DNA of 64,000 nt from an uncultured Planctomycetaceae bacterium (GTDB taxonomy: Bacteria > Planctomycetota > Planctomycetia > Isosphaerales > Isosphaeraceae): assembly GCA_963833985.1 (NCBI GenBank), contig CAWIAD010000002.1, positions 4,704,001 through 4,768,000 of the forward strand, written 5' to 3'. The notes beneath the pieces were generated by a model that worked only from the letters and a program-made list of their open reading frames with translations, was not told where the DNA came from and ran no database searches. Every line of letters begins with the position of its first letter. Position 1 is the first letter of the stretch. This document shows positions 51,710-63,227 of this stretch, one piece after another. Both the position numbers and the translations under genes were made by a program.

Positions 51710-53831
51710 ATGGACCCCGCCACTCGAAGTACCGTCCGCGGCTCGATTCAAGTGCTTCTCACTTCCGGGGCTGCCTCGGGGCTGCCGGATTCCCAGCTCC
51801 TCGAGCGGTTCCTGGTCGAAGACGGCGAGATCGCCCAGGGGGCCTTCGAGGCGCTCGAGTTGCGCCACGGGCCCATGGTCCTCCACACCTGTCACAATCT
51901 ACTGCCAAGTGAGCATGACGTCCAGGACGCGTTCCAGTCCACGTTTCTGGTCCTCGCGGTGCGTGCGGGGTCGATCCGGCGCCGCGCCTCGCTGCCAAGC
52001 TGGCTGCACGGAGTGGCCCTGAAGGTGGCTGCGCGCACGGAACCAGGCGGCCAGGCGGCGGCAACGGGAGCGACGGATCGCGGCATGCGATGCCCCCGCG
52101 ACCGACGGCAGTCTCCTCGAGGACCGCGAGACCACTGGAATGCTGCATCAGGAAATTGAACGTCTGCCGCAAAAGCACCGCGACGCCATCGTGCTCTTCT
52201 ACCTGGAAGGATTGACCCTGGAGACAGCCGCACAGCAGCTCCAGTGCCCATCCGCAACTCTTGGCGTTCGCCTGATGCGGGCCCGCGACAAGCTGAGGCG
52301 GCGGTTGAGCCGCCGGGGTGTGACCGCCCCGGCCGCAGTCCTGTCCGCGCTCGGGCTCGCCCGGCCGTCGGCAGCCGCGGTCTTGCCGTACGCCATGGTC
52401 CGTTCCACCGCGGCCAGGGGGTTGCAGCTCGCAGGTGCCCGGACGATCAGCCTGGTGACAACCGAGCTCATCGGTCATGTGGTCCGCCGCCTGATCCTGG
52501 TTCGGCTAGCCCGGGTGTCGGTCGTGCTCGTCCTGGCCGTGGCACTCACCACGTCGTCCCGGGCCCTGCTCTCCGGGTCGGGGCTTTCTGCCGAGGAGCG
52601 TCCCGCGCCCACTGCCCAGCCGGAGCCTCCCGGGCGCGCCGGATCGCCTTCGCCAGGCCACCTCCCCCAGCATCCGGTGGTGCTCTGGAAATTCCCAACG
52701 TTTGGAGACCCGGGGACCTTGCTCTTCGCGGATGGTGTCATCTATGTTGGCGATCGCCTGGAGAACTTCTATGCCATCTCGCTGAAAGACCGGGGCTTCC
52801 TGTGGCGAGCGCGCGGGCTCGGACACATCTATCTTCCCGCGGCCCGGCAGGGCGACACGGTCTACGTGACGTCGCGCGAGGGTCTGACCGCCCTGTCCGC
52901 GCAGGACGGCAAGGTTCGCTGGAACGACCGGCTGCGCGGCGACCCGATGTCGGCCTCGCCCCTCGTTGTCAAGGACCGGGTCGTGGCCGCCGACGACGCC
53001 GGTCGTGTCTACGCGCTCAGCCTGGATGGAAAACGGATCTGGGAGCACGACCTGATGGACACCGAGGACTTGCAGAGGGAACGAGACATGCTCACGGCGA
53101 TCCGCGCCCAGCTGAAACGGCCCGGCATTCATGGAGCCACCAATCCACGGCCGCCCGTGAGCGACGGCACCACCGTCTTCCTGCCGCTCTTCGACAAGTC
53201 CCATCGCCTGCTGGCGATCGATGTCGCCAGGGGATTTCGCCGCTGGACGTTCCATGCCGCGGGCATGATTTACGGGCAGCCCACGCTGGCCGACGACATG
53301 CTCTTCTTCGGCTGCTACGAGGGGGACGCCGAAGCGAAGACCGGCCGCTTCTATGGACTGAACACGAAGAGAAGGGTGCTCTGGGAGTTCCCCACCACAG
53401 CCCGCATCGACGCCAATTCCGCGTACCGCGACGGCTCGATCTATTTTGGCACCAGCGGAGGACAGTTCTTTCGCCTGGACGCCCGGACCGGGAAGGAAGT
53501 CTGGAGCTACCAGATCCCCGACGCGAAGGGAACGAAGAGCGCCATCTACTGCACGCCTCTGTGCACGGCCGATGCAGTCTACTTCAACTCCTTTGACGGC
53601 CATCTCTACTGCCTGGACAGAGCCACTGGCGCGTTCAAGTGGCGTTTCCAGCCGATCGCCGGCTCGGAGCTCGACCTGTCTCTGGCCACCGACGGCGAGC
53701 GCATCATCGTGGGGGCGCGGCGGAACACCGACGCGCAGACCGGCGAGAATGCCATCGTCGCGATTGGAGAGGCGCAGGAACAAGTACCGGGCCGGCGTCA
53801 TCGAAGAAATAAGAGCGGCAGGCTTCCTTGA
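51710..53831 (+). CDS. ECF sigma factor with a TM and a C-terminal PQQ-like beta-propeller; apparent frameshift at 52040-52140
   Basis: Region 2 (DSQLLERF…RHGPMV…DAFQSTFLVL…SWLHGVA), region 4 (LHQEIERLP…IVLFYLEG…RLMRARDKL), a TM, and repeated W-x-F propeller blades. Confidence 0.85.
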
Positions 53832-54015
53832 TTTCGACTCCCCTCCCCGCGCCAGATCCGCCCGGCACTGGCCGCGATCGCACCATCTCACGCGATACGT
53901 TCCCTATCGAGTTCGCCGAGGCCAGAGTACGATAAAGTTTAGCCGCGCCGCCGTCGCCACAACAAAAGACCGCGGTGCACCCGTCCGGAACGCAGAGAAG
54001 AGCAAGGCATCCCGC

Positions 54016-54850
54016 ATGGCCGGTCTTTTTCCAGGAATGGATCCCTACCTCGAATTCCAGTCGGCCGGGGCCGATTTTCACAACGGCCTGATCGCGGCGC
54101 TACGCAATGAGCTCGGGACGCGGCTCCCTGATGCTTATGTCGCACGAATCGATGAACGGATCGAGGTAATCTCCGCGAAGTTCGATCCGCCGGTTGCCTT
54201 CCGCCCCGATGTACTGGTCGGACGCCTGGCGGAGGAAGACCCCAGACCGGGCGTGCAGCGTCACAGGCCCGGAGCGGCTGTGCTGGAACCGCAACTGATG
54301 GAGATTGTCCGATCCGAGCCGGCAGACATCCACCTGACATGGGTTGAGATTCGCGCGCTGCCGGACCTCGAGCTTGTCACGGCGATCGAAGTGCTTTCTC
54401 CCGTCAACAAGTCCTGGCGAGGGCGCGGAGCGTACCTGGAAAAGCGCGAGCAGCTCCATGCCGCGAGCGTGAACCTGGTGGAGATCGATCTGCTGCTTGT
54501 CGGCGCTCCATTGCCAATGAATCCGCGTCTGGAACCTGGAAGTTATCACGCCATCATCTCGCGCCCGGCACGTTTCCCCGTGGCGGAGGTTTATCGCTGG
54601 AGCGTACGCGACCCGCTGCCCATGGTTCCCATCCCCCTGCGCAGGCGACGCCGACATCCCGATCGATCTGAACGATCTGGCGACCCAGGTGTACAACCTG
54701 GGCCGCTATGCCCGCACCCTGCGCCGCGCGGCTCTTCCCCCGTCTGCACCGTTCAGCCCGGACGATCGGGCGTGGGTCGAAGCCGATCTTGGTCATGCCA
54801 TGCACAACGCGGCGACGGATTCTCCGGAAACACCGCCCGCGGCGACGTGA
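54016..54850 (+). CDS. DUF4058-family protein (PD-(D/E)xK-like); apparent frameshift near 54640
   Basis: FPGMDPYLE, PDV, TAIEVLSPVNK, VNLVEIDLL, IPLR, continuing as D..IDL…Y in another frame. Confidence 0.8.
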
Positions 54851-54958
54851 ACCGACCTTGCAAACCCGGGAAACCCGATTGGAAAACCACGCGCAGTCCG
54901 GTAGTTTATCTTTTGTTTCACCAGGAAGACACGCCGCAAAGAACCTCTTGGACCCACC

Positions 54959-57900
54959 ATGCGACCGAGACTGTGCGTGATGATGGCTGGCTCTCTGGCC
55001 ATGTCGTGGGCCTGCGTTCCGGTCGCCGCGCAGGACCAGGCGGCATCTCACGCGGACGCTCCTTCCCTGCTGGAGTCCCGTTTCCGCGAGCAGGTACGGC
55101 CGTTCCTGGAAGGGCACTGCCTGGGCTGCCACGGCGCGCAGAAACCCAAGGGCGACACGAACCTGAGCGTGTTCACCACGGCGGCTGCTGTCGCCGGGGA
55201 CCTGCCGCGCTGGGAGCTGGTGCAGGAGCAGCTCGAGAACAGGACCATGCCGCCGGCCAAGGCAAAGACGCAGCCGTCGGCGGACGCCCGCGCCGCAATC
55301 CTGTCATGGATCAGCGAGTTGCGCAGGGCCGAGGCGGCGCGGAGCGCGGGCGATCCCGGTCCGGTGCCTGTACGCCGGTTGAGCAACGCCGAATACGACA
55401 ACACAATCCGCGACCTGACGGGCGTCGACATCCGGCCCACCCGGGAGTTTCCTGTCGACCCGGCGAACGCCGCCGGCTTCGACAACTCGGCAGAATCGCT
55501 GGCCATGTCGCCGGCGTTGATGAAGAAATACCTGGAAGCGGCGCACGATGTCGCCGAACATCTGGTGCTCACGCCCGACGGACTGAGCTTCGCGCCGCAC
55601 CCGATGCTCGCCGACACCGATCGTGACAAGTACTGCGTACGTCGCATCATCGAGTTCTACGCACGCCAGCAGACCGATCTCGCCGCCTACTTCTTCGCGG
55701 CCTGGACATGCCAGCACCGCGCCCGTACGGGCCATGGCGATCAGGTCCTGGAGCAGGTTGCCCGCGAGCAAGGGCTGAGCCGCAAATACCTGGCGACGGT
55801 CTGGAGCGCTCTCACGGATCGTGCTGAAGAAACCGGGCCCATCGCCGCGGTGCAGGTGCTGTGGAATGAGCTGCCGGCCCCCGCGAACGAAAAGGGCGCC
55901 GAGGTTCGTGCCACCTGCGGTCGGATCCGCGACTTCGTGGTCACGCTCCGCGGCCGGCTCACCCCCGAGGTCAAGAACCTGACCGCGCGGCGGATCAGCA
56001 ACGGCACCCAGCCGTTCGTGCTCTGGAAGAATCGCCAGCTCGCCGCCAACCGCATGCGCTACGCCGGGAACGCCGCACAGTTGAAAACGGAAGACCTGGG
56101 TCTGCCCGGCGCAGCCGCACAGGCACTGGCCGTCCCGCGCGATGAGGGCAAGCGGCAACCGTTCGAGGATTCGTTCGCGCGCTTCTGCCGCATCTTCCCC
56201 GACACGTTCTATATCTCGGAGCGGGCCCGGATCTATCTGGATGCGAAGTCCGAAAAGGGGAACGCCGGCCGGCTGCTGAGCGCCGGGTTTCACAGCATGA
56301 CCGGTTACTTCCGTGACGACGGCCCGCTCTACGAGCTGGTGCTGGACGAGACGGGACAGCAGCAGCTCGACCGGCTCTGGCAGGAGTTCGACTTCATCAC
56401 CGCGGCGCCTCTGCGGCAATACTCCAGCTACCTCTGGTACGAGCGCGCCGAGACGGGCTTCCTGCGGGGCGATGCGGATTTCGACTTCGTCCGCGCCGAG
56501 GATCCGGACGCCGCTTCCGAGGCCAAGATGGGTCGATTCGCGGCCGTCTACCTGGCGAAGGCCCGGCGCGTGGGTGCCAGTGAGCTGGCGATCCGGGCCA
56601 TCGAGGACCAGTTCCGGATCATCGGCGCGACGATCCGCCGCGTGGAGCGGGAACGGCGGCAAGCCGAGCCGCGGCACATCGAGGCGCTTCAGCGGTTCGC
56701 CGAGCGCGCCGACCGCCGCCCCCTCGCGGAAAGCGATCGCCGCAGCGTGGCCGTGTTCTACGGCTCGCTTCGCTCCGAGGACGGGCTGTCGCATGAGGAC
56801 GCCGTGCGCGACACGGTCACCAGCATCCTCCTCTCGCCGCGCTTCCTCTACCGCGTGGACCTATCCGGCCCTGGCGGCGACGGCACTGCCCTCGCGGCCG
56901 GCTCGGTCACACCGCTCTCCGACACCGACCTGGCAAGCCGGCTGAGCTATTTCGTCTGGGCAAGCATGCCCGATGAGGAGCTGCTGGCCCATGCCCGTAT
57001 CGGCGACCTGCACGATCCGGAAGTTCTGCTCTCCCAGGCGCGGCGGATGCTGCGTGACGGCCGCGTGCGCGGGCTGGCCACCGAGTTCGCCGGCAACTGG
57101 CTCGACTTCCGGCGCTTCGACGAGCATAACAGCGTTGATCGCGGACGATTCCCGGCCTTCAACGACGAGCTCCGCCGTGCAATGTTCGAGGAGCCGATCC
57201 GCTTCTTCCTGGACATGGTCCAGCACGACCGCCCCGTGGACGAGCTGCTGGACGGCCGGCACACGTTCGTGAACCGCGCGCTGGCCCGGCATTACGGCAT
57301 GCCCGTTCCCGCGGGAGCGGTCGACACCTGGGTGCGCATCGACGACGCGGTGCCGTACGGCCGGGGCGGGCTCTTGCCGATGGCCGTGTTCCTGACCAAG
57401 AATGCGCAGGGTTGCGCACCAGCCCGGTGAAGCGCGGCTACTGGGTGGTCAAGCGGCTGCTGGGCGAGAACATCCCGGCGCCCCGCCGAATGTCCCCGAG
57501 CTTCCCGCCGACGAGGCGAAGCTGGGCGAACGCAGCCTGCGCGAGACGCTCATTCGCCACCGTGCCGAGAAGAGCTGCGCCGGCTGCCACGAGCGGTTCG
57601 ACCCGATTGGCCTGGCGTTCGAGGGGTACGGGCCGGTGGGCGAGGCCCGCACGGTGGACCTGGCCGGCCATCCCGTGGACACCCACGCCACGTTCCCGCG
57701 CGGGGGCGAAGGCTCGGGCCTGGAAGGGCTGCGGGCGTACCTGAGGAAGCTGCGCCGGGACGAATTCCTGGACAATCTCTGCCGCAAGCTCCTCGCCTAT
57801 GGCCTGGGGCGCACACTCATCCCCTCGGACGATGCGACCATCCAGAGCATGCGTACGCGGCTGGAGGCCGAGGGAGGCCGCTTCGGCTCACTGGTGGACG

Positions 57901-57959
57901 CCATCGTCGGCAGTCCGCAATTCCGGAACAGACGAGTGGAACGCGCGAAATCGGAGTGA
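54959..57959 (+). CDS. DUF1592/DUF1588-family protein with a planctomycete cytochrome c domain; apparent frameshifts near 57410 and 57485
   Basis: CLGCH, RRLSNAEYDNTIRDL, SPRFLYR, LASRLSYF.W.SMPD, RTSPVKRG, CAGCH, KLLAYGLGR. Confidence 0.88.
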
Positions 57960-59329
57960 TGATCATGGCCGATGAGGCAAACAGGCAGCCAGCACAGGGC
58001 CAACAACCGGGGCGGCCGAACCGCCGGTCGTTCCTTCGCGGGGCCGGGGTGACGATGGCCTTGCCCTGGCTGGAATCTCTGGCTCCGCGTGCCAGCCTGG
58101 CGGCCGGCGCGGCCGCGATCGCGCCGCCCAGGCGGTTCGCGGTGCTCTTCATGGGCTGCGGAGTGAACCCGCTCGAGTGGTGGGCCAAAGGCTCGGGCGA
58201 GTCGTTGACGCTGGGCCGCTGCCTTGCGCCGCTGGAGCCGCTCGGGCCGAAGATCAACATCATCAATGGACTGTTCAACAAGCATGCCACGGGCGTGGGC
58301 ATTCATCCCGGCCAGACGGGCAACATCCTCTCCGGCGCAGCGCTTCAGAAAGGGGCCGAGCTGAAAGGCGGCATCAGCGTCGACCAGGTGCTGGCACAGC
58401 GCCTGGGCGAGCAGACGGTGCAGCCAAGCATGGTCCTCGGCTGCGAGCAGCCGATCACCGGCTACCACGAGACCAACTTCTCGATGGCCTACAGCTCGCA
58501 CATCTCGTGGCAGAGCGCGACCTCGCCGGTGCCGATGGAAGTGTACCCGTCGCTCGCGTTCGACGCTCTCTTTGACAACCGCGGCAGCAAGCGCAATCAG
58601 AGCATCCTCGATCGCGTGCGCGAGGAGGCCGCCGGGCTGAGCCGCAAGGTGAGCGCCGGGGATCGCGCCCGGCTCGAGGAATACCTGGCGAGCGTGCGCG
58701 CGGTCGAGCGCCGGGTGGTGCCGATGCGTCAGCATCAGGAAGCAGGCTCGGCCCGCGCCCGCCTTCGCAACCGCCCGGCGCTGACGATGCCGCGACCCGA
58801 GAACGGCCTACCTGAAGACGTCCGCGCGCACATGCGGCTCATGTGCGACCTGCTGGCCATCGGTTTCCAGACGGACAAGACGCGCATCGCCTCATTACTT
58901 CTGTGCCGCGACATCTCGGGCCTGTTCTATCCCTTCCTGAACGTCGCTGCCGCGCACCACGGTGCCTCGCACGACGACCGCTCCGTCTCTTACGAGCGGG
59001 TGACGCGGTTCTACGTCGAGCAGTTTGCCTACCTGGCCGCGCGACTGGATTCCATGCCCGAGGGCGAAGGTTCCGGCACGGTCCTGGACCACTCCTGCCT
59101 GCTCTTCATCAACAGCATGTTCTCCGGCTCGAAGCACGACGCGAGCAGGGTACCGCTGGTCCAGGCCGGCGGCCTGGGCGGCACGATCCGGACCGGCCGC
59201 GTGCTCGACTACGCCGACCGCGGCGACGACAATCGCAAGCTGTGCAGCCTGTACCTCTCGCTCATGGACCGGATGGGCGTGAACCTGCCGCGGTTCGGAG
59301 ATGCCGAGCAGAGACTGGCGGACTTCTGA
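57956..59329 (+). CDS. DUF1552-family protein with a Tat-like signal
   Basis: RRSFLRGAG…LPWLES, ISVDQ, ISW, SILD, D..RL.EYL.SVR..E. Confidence 0.88.
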   Translation: MMIMADEANRQPAQGQQPGRPNRRSFLRGAGVTMALPWLESLAPRASLAAGAAAIAPPRRFAVLFMGCGVNPLEWWAKGSGESLTLGRCLAPLEPLGPKINIINGLFNKHATGVGIHPGQTGNILSGAALQKGAELKGGISVDQVLAQRLGEQTVQPSMVLGCEQPITGYHETNFSMAYSSHISWQSATSPVPMEVYPSLAFDALFDNRGSKRNQSILDRVREEAAGLSRKVSAGDRARLEEYLASVRAVERRVVPMRQHQEAGSARARLRNRPALTMPRPENGLPEDVRAHMRLMCDLLAIGFQTDKTRIASLLLCRDISGLFYPFLNVAAAHHGASHDDRSVSYERVTRFYVEQFAYLAARLDSMPEGEGSGTVLDHSCLLFINSMFSGSKHDASRVPLVQAGGLGGTIRTGRVLDYADRGDDNRKLCSLYLSLMDRMGVNLPRFGDAEQRLADF

Positions 59330-59380
59330 GACAGCCTTCCTCCGCGGAGAAGCGAGGACGAAACGCCGGGAGCAGGCATC

Positions 59381-59575
59381 ATGGCCATGGAAGAAAAGAC
59401 CGTTCGCAAGCTGGAGAAGCACCTCGAGCAAGCGATCATCGCGGAGATTCTGGATATGGGACTGAAGTCCTTGCCACTGCTTCCCTCCGGCCGGACGATG
59501 CACCTGATGGCGATGGCCGCAGTCACGGTTTACGAGGCGGCCGTGGAGAACCTTGAGCCAGGCCGGCGACCATGA
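59381..59575 (+). CDS. Small hypothetical protein (64 aa)
   Basis: Fills the gap between two genes, overlaps the next start (ATGA) and has normal codon usage. Confidence 0.65.
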   Translation: MAMEEKTVRKLEKHLEQAIIAEILDMGLKSLPLLPSGRTMHLMAMAAVTVYEAAVENLEPGRRP

Positions 59576-60857
59576 TCCCGCACGACCTCTCACGCCGCTC
59601 GTTCTTGAAGACCACCATGACGCTCGCCGGCTCAGCCGGCTGGATCGGCAGCGCGGCCGCGGCGCGTGCGGCCGTGACGGGCGGGCCGCTCATCGCCTAC
59701 GTGGGGACGTTCAGCTCTCCGCTGCACGACGTCCTGCCGACCCAGGTGGATCGCCCGCCCGGCAACGGGCGCGGGATTCACATCTTCCACGTGTCTCGCG
59801 AGAACGGGGCGATGACGCCCGCGGGTATGGCCGCCCTGGGCACGAGCCCGAGCTGCCTGGCTCTCGATCGCAAGGGACTTCGGCTTTATTCCGCGAACGA
59901 GACGGATGACGCGGGCCCGGACAAGCAGGGCACCGTCAGCGCCTTCGCCATCGACCGGACCAGCGGCAAGCTGGATCTGCTGAACACGGTCCCATCCAGC
60001 GGCGCCGGGCCGACGTACGTGAGCCTTCATCCCTCGGGCCGGTTCCTGCTCGTGGCGAACTATTTCGGGGGCTCCGTCGCAGTCTTGCCGATTGTTGCCG
60101 GGGGCCGCCTCGGCAGAGCGACGGACATCAAGGTCGATGCCGGCAAGATCGGCCCGACCCGGGCGAGCCATGCACCACCGGGAAGCTTTGCCATCAGCGG
60201 CCACGACCGGACCCACGCGCACATGATCCAGGCGGATCTCGCGGGCGCTTCGTGCTGCACGCCGACCTCGGGCTGGATACCATCTTCGTCTGGCGGTTTG
60301 ATGCGGAACAGGGTCTGCTGGGCCCGGCCGCGTTCCCTTCTTTTGCGCTGCCGCCGGGAGACGGCCCGCGCCACTTCTGTTTTCATCCCACGGGCCGCTG
60401 GCTGTATTCGATCCAGGAGGAGGCGTCGACGGTCGTCGTCTTCGACTACGACTCGACCACAGCTCGGCTCCGCGAACGCCAGACCATCTCGACGCTGCCC
60501 CGGGGATTCGCCGGCAGCAACTTTTGCTCCGAGATCCTGGCTTCCGCCGACGGCCGGTTCCTCTACGCCGGCAACCGGCTGCACGACAGCATCGCCATCT
60601 TCTCGATCGGTGCGGACGGCCGCCTGGCCTGGCTCGGAGAGGAATGGACGCGCGGCGACTATCCGCGCAGCTTCGGCTTCGACCCCACCGGCAGGTTCCT
60701 CTTCTGCTGCAACCAGCGCAGCGACCACGTTGCGGTGTTCCGCGTCGCTCGCGACACGGGGGGGCTGGCGTTCACGGGCCACTACGCCGCCGTCGGCAAC
60801 CCCTCGGCGATCGCGTTCCTGGACGCCGTGGACGCGGGTCAAGGCCGTCATTCTTGA
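59572..60857 (+). CDS. Tat-exported lactonase (6-phosphogluconolactonase family); apparent frameshift near 60240
   Basis: SRRSFLK, AYVGT, LYSANE, VANY.GG, HAHMI, then DLGLD, GPRHF, NRLHDSI, PRSF. Confidence 0.88.
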
Positions 60858-60890
60858 AGAGGTTGCCCGCGACGCGATGGCTGCCTTCAC

Positions 60891-63227
60891 TCACTCGCGT
60901 AATCGGGCCGACGCCGAATCGCGCTGCAAGCTCTCGAGAAAGCCGCGGAGGTCCTCGCCTGTTGCGACATCGGGAGCGGCCGGCGCCAGAGCAGGCGAGG
61001 CGGCAGGCGCAAGAGCAGGTGAGGGCGAAGGGGCCGCCATCACGGCGTCCTGCGCGGGCAGTGCAGTGCTTCTCCGGTTCGCCAGGAACACCTCGAGAAC
61101 GAGCACGACGAGCACCGTCGCGAGAAAGTACTCCCAGAGGCCCGTCCCCTCCCGGAGATGGTCGATCGTCGCGCCGAGCGCTCCGGGATCGGCACAGTAG
61201 ACCAGCGGGCGCGTGCCGAAGCGGGAGCGCAGCTCGGCTTCGGAGAGCGCGCCGGGATCGGATTCCGCAGGATCGATGTTCACGGCGAAGGCGAGCTGGC
61301 GGGCCGCCTGCGTGGAAACGGGGCGGACCAGGTAGATGCCGGGCTCGTGCGTGTCGGCGTAGTGCAGATGGTCCGGATCAGGCTCGGCCGTGCGTACCCG
61401 GAAGACCTCGCCGGAGGGGCGGACGACCTCGACCTCCCGAGGCCCGGGCGAGGTGCGTTCCGGTTCCGGGCCCCTGCTCCGGCCCAGGGGCAACGTCACC
61501 GGTGCGCCGGCGAGCGCCGTGGTGCGCTCGGCCTCCGCGCCGGCGAGGTGCAGCGTGAGCCGCACCAGGAGCGGCAAAAAGATCGGCTTCAGCGGCAGGT
61601 TCGTCCAGTCCACATGCACGGCCATCCCCAGCAGCAACACCGAGCCGGAACCGACAGCACGCTGGGCCAGCACCACGTCTCCGCCCTCGAGCGTGATCAG
61701 GGCCGAGGCGCCGGCCTGCGGGTTCCACGTCATGGGGAAGAACCTGTAGACCAGCACCGACTGGTAAAGCGAGGCGGGTTCGGAGAGCGGCGCCAGGGCC
61801 GGGTCGTCCGTGGCCAGGGCGCCGAAATGCCAGCGATCCCTGGCTCCCGTGGTTGGCAGCCTGGGCGCCTCCAGGGGGGCTGGCAGCAACTGGTTCTGGG
61901 CCAGTGCGTTCATGGCGTTGTACGCACCCGGCTCCACGTTCTGGCCGCAGATCCAGACCAGGTGGCCGCCTCCGCGCGCATAGGCCGCAAGCTTCTCGGC
62001 GGCGGGCGGAGCCAGCGCGGGGAGGTTCACGCAGAAGATCACGGCGTGGGCGGAAAGATCTTCGCCAGCGAGCGATTCGGCAGTCAGGACAGTGGTCTTG
62101 AATGCGCCGCCGACCGCGCCGCTGGGTGCGAAGGCGCGCTGGAGATAAAACGCGTCGTCCGCCTGCGGGACCTCGTCGCGGCGAGCCTTGACGATGGCGA
62201 GGGGCACTTGCTGGTCGACGCTGAGGGCGAAATAGAACCGGTTGTCCAGCGGCGAGCCATCGTCCTCGACGAGCCGCAGTTCGCCCCGATGCACGCCTTC
62301 GCGGTCCAGCGTGAACCGGAATGGATACTTGAGCGCGCTGCCCGGCGGCAGGTTGAGATCAGGGCTGACGGCCTGGCGCATGCCGTCGATTTGCAGCTCC
62401 AGGTGCTTCTGCTGCGGAACGCCCGCGGTATTCTGCACCTCGACGTCGGCCTGGAACGCTGCGCCCGCGACCGGGGCCGGGCTCGAGAGAGACACGCCCT
62501 GGAGGGCCACGTTGGGCGCGGGGTCGCCGGCGACGTTCACGAGGACGACGGGCGCTTGTGGCGGTTCCCTGGCCTTTTTCGGATCATCGTCCGGGGCCGG
62601 CTCCTTCAGGCCCTCCCAGGAGAGGGTCTGGTTGTCCGTGAGCACGTAGATCTCCTTGCGGGATGCATCGGAACCTGCAAGCAGGTCGCGGGCTTGCTGG
62701 ATCTTTGCGGCGAGGTCGGCACGCTCCGCGCTGGGGCGGCACGCGTCGAGCGCCTGGTGCACCGTCTCATGGGTCCGGAAGAGCCGGCCGAGCTCGGGGC
62801 CGGGCGGCCCGCTGGTGGGCAAGAGTGCCACCTGGTCGCCCTGGCGGAGCCGCGAGAGTACCTGCTCGGCGGCCTGCCGGGCGGTCTCCAGCCGGGGCCG
62901 GCCGGAGTCGATGACCGCCATGCTGGCCGAGTTGTCGAGCACGACGGCGATCGCCGCGGTGCGGCTGCCGCCCCAGAGCGAGCCGAAATTCGAAAGCGCC
63001 GGGCGGGCCAGGCCCAGGGCAATGAGGATGAGCACGCCAGCCCGCAGGGCCAGCAGGCTGAGATCCTCGATGTATTTCCGGCGCCTTGTCTTCTGCACGC
63101 TCAGCCGCAGAAACCGCAAGGTACTGAAGCGGACCTCCTTCGCCCGGCGACGGTGGATCAGGTGCACGAGCACCGGGATCAGCCCGGCCAGCGCGGCGAG
63201 TAGAAACAGCGGAGCGGCGAAGGTCAT
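60891..63227 (-). CDS. BatA/VWA-domain membrane protein
   Basis: MTFAAPLFL…IPVLVHLI…F.TLRFL…LARP, VLDNSASM, LTD, and a C-terminal TM. Confidence 0.9.
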   Translation of the reverse strand: MTFAAPLFLLAALAGLIPVLVHLIHRRRAKEVRFSTLRFLRLSVQKTRRRKYIEDLSLLALRAGVLILIALGLARPALSNFGSLWGGSRTAAIAVVLDNSASMAVIDSGRPRLETARQAAEQVLSRLRQGDQVALLPTSGPPGPELGRLFRTHETVHQALDACRPSAERADLAAKIQQARDLLAGSDASRKEIYVLTDNQTLSWEGLKEPAPDDDPKKAREPPQAPVVLVNVAGDPAPNVALQGVSLSSPAPVAGAAFQADVEVQNTAGVPQQKHLELQIDGMRQAVSPDLNLPPGSALKYPFRFTLDREGVHRGELRLVEDDGSPLDNRFYFALSVDQQVPLAIVKARRDEVPQADDAFYLQRAFAPSGAVGGAFKTTVLTAESLAGEDLSAHAVIFCVNLPALAPPAAEKLAAYARGGGHLVWICGQNVEPGAYNAMNALAQNQLLPAPLEAPRLPTTGARDRWHFGALATDDPALAPLSEPASLYQSVLVYRFFPMTWNPQAGASALITLEGGDVVLAQRAVGSGSVLLLGMAVHVDWTNLPLKPIFLPLLVRLTLHLAGAEAERTTALAGAPVTLPLGRSRGPEPERTSPGPREVEVVRPSGEVFRVRTAEPDPDHLHYADTHEPGIYLVRPVSTQAARQLAFAVNIDPAESDPGALSEAELRSRFGTRPLVYCADPGALGATIDHLREGTGLWEYFLATVLVVLVLEVFLANRRSTALPAQDAVMAAPSPSPALAPAASPALAPAAPDVATGEDLRGFLESLQRDSASARLRE

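Noticed and set aside
53446..55626. 726-aa ORF as a single protein
   Set aside because: It is a chimeric read-through. Only 54016-54640 (DUF4058) is protein-like, and the rest overlaps other genes out of frame.
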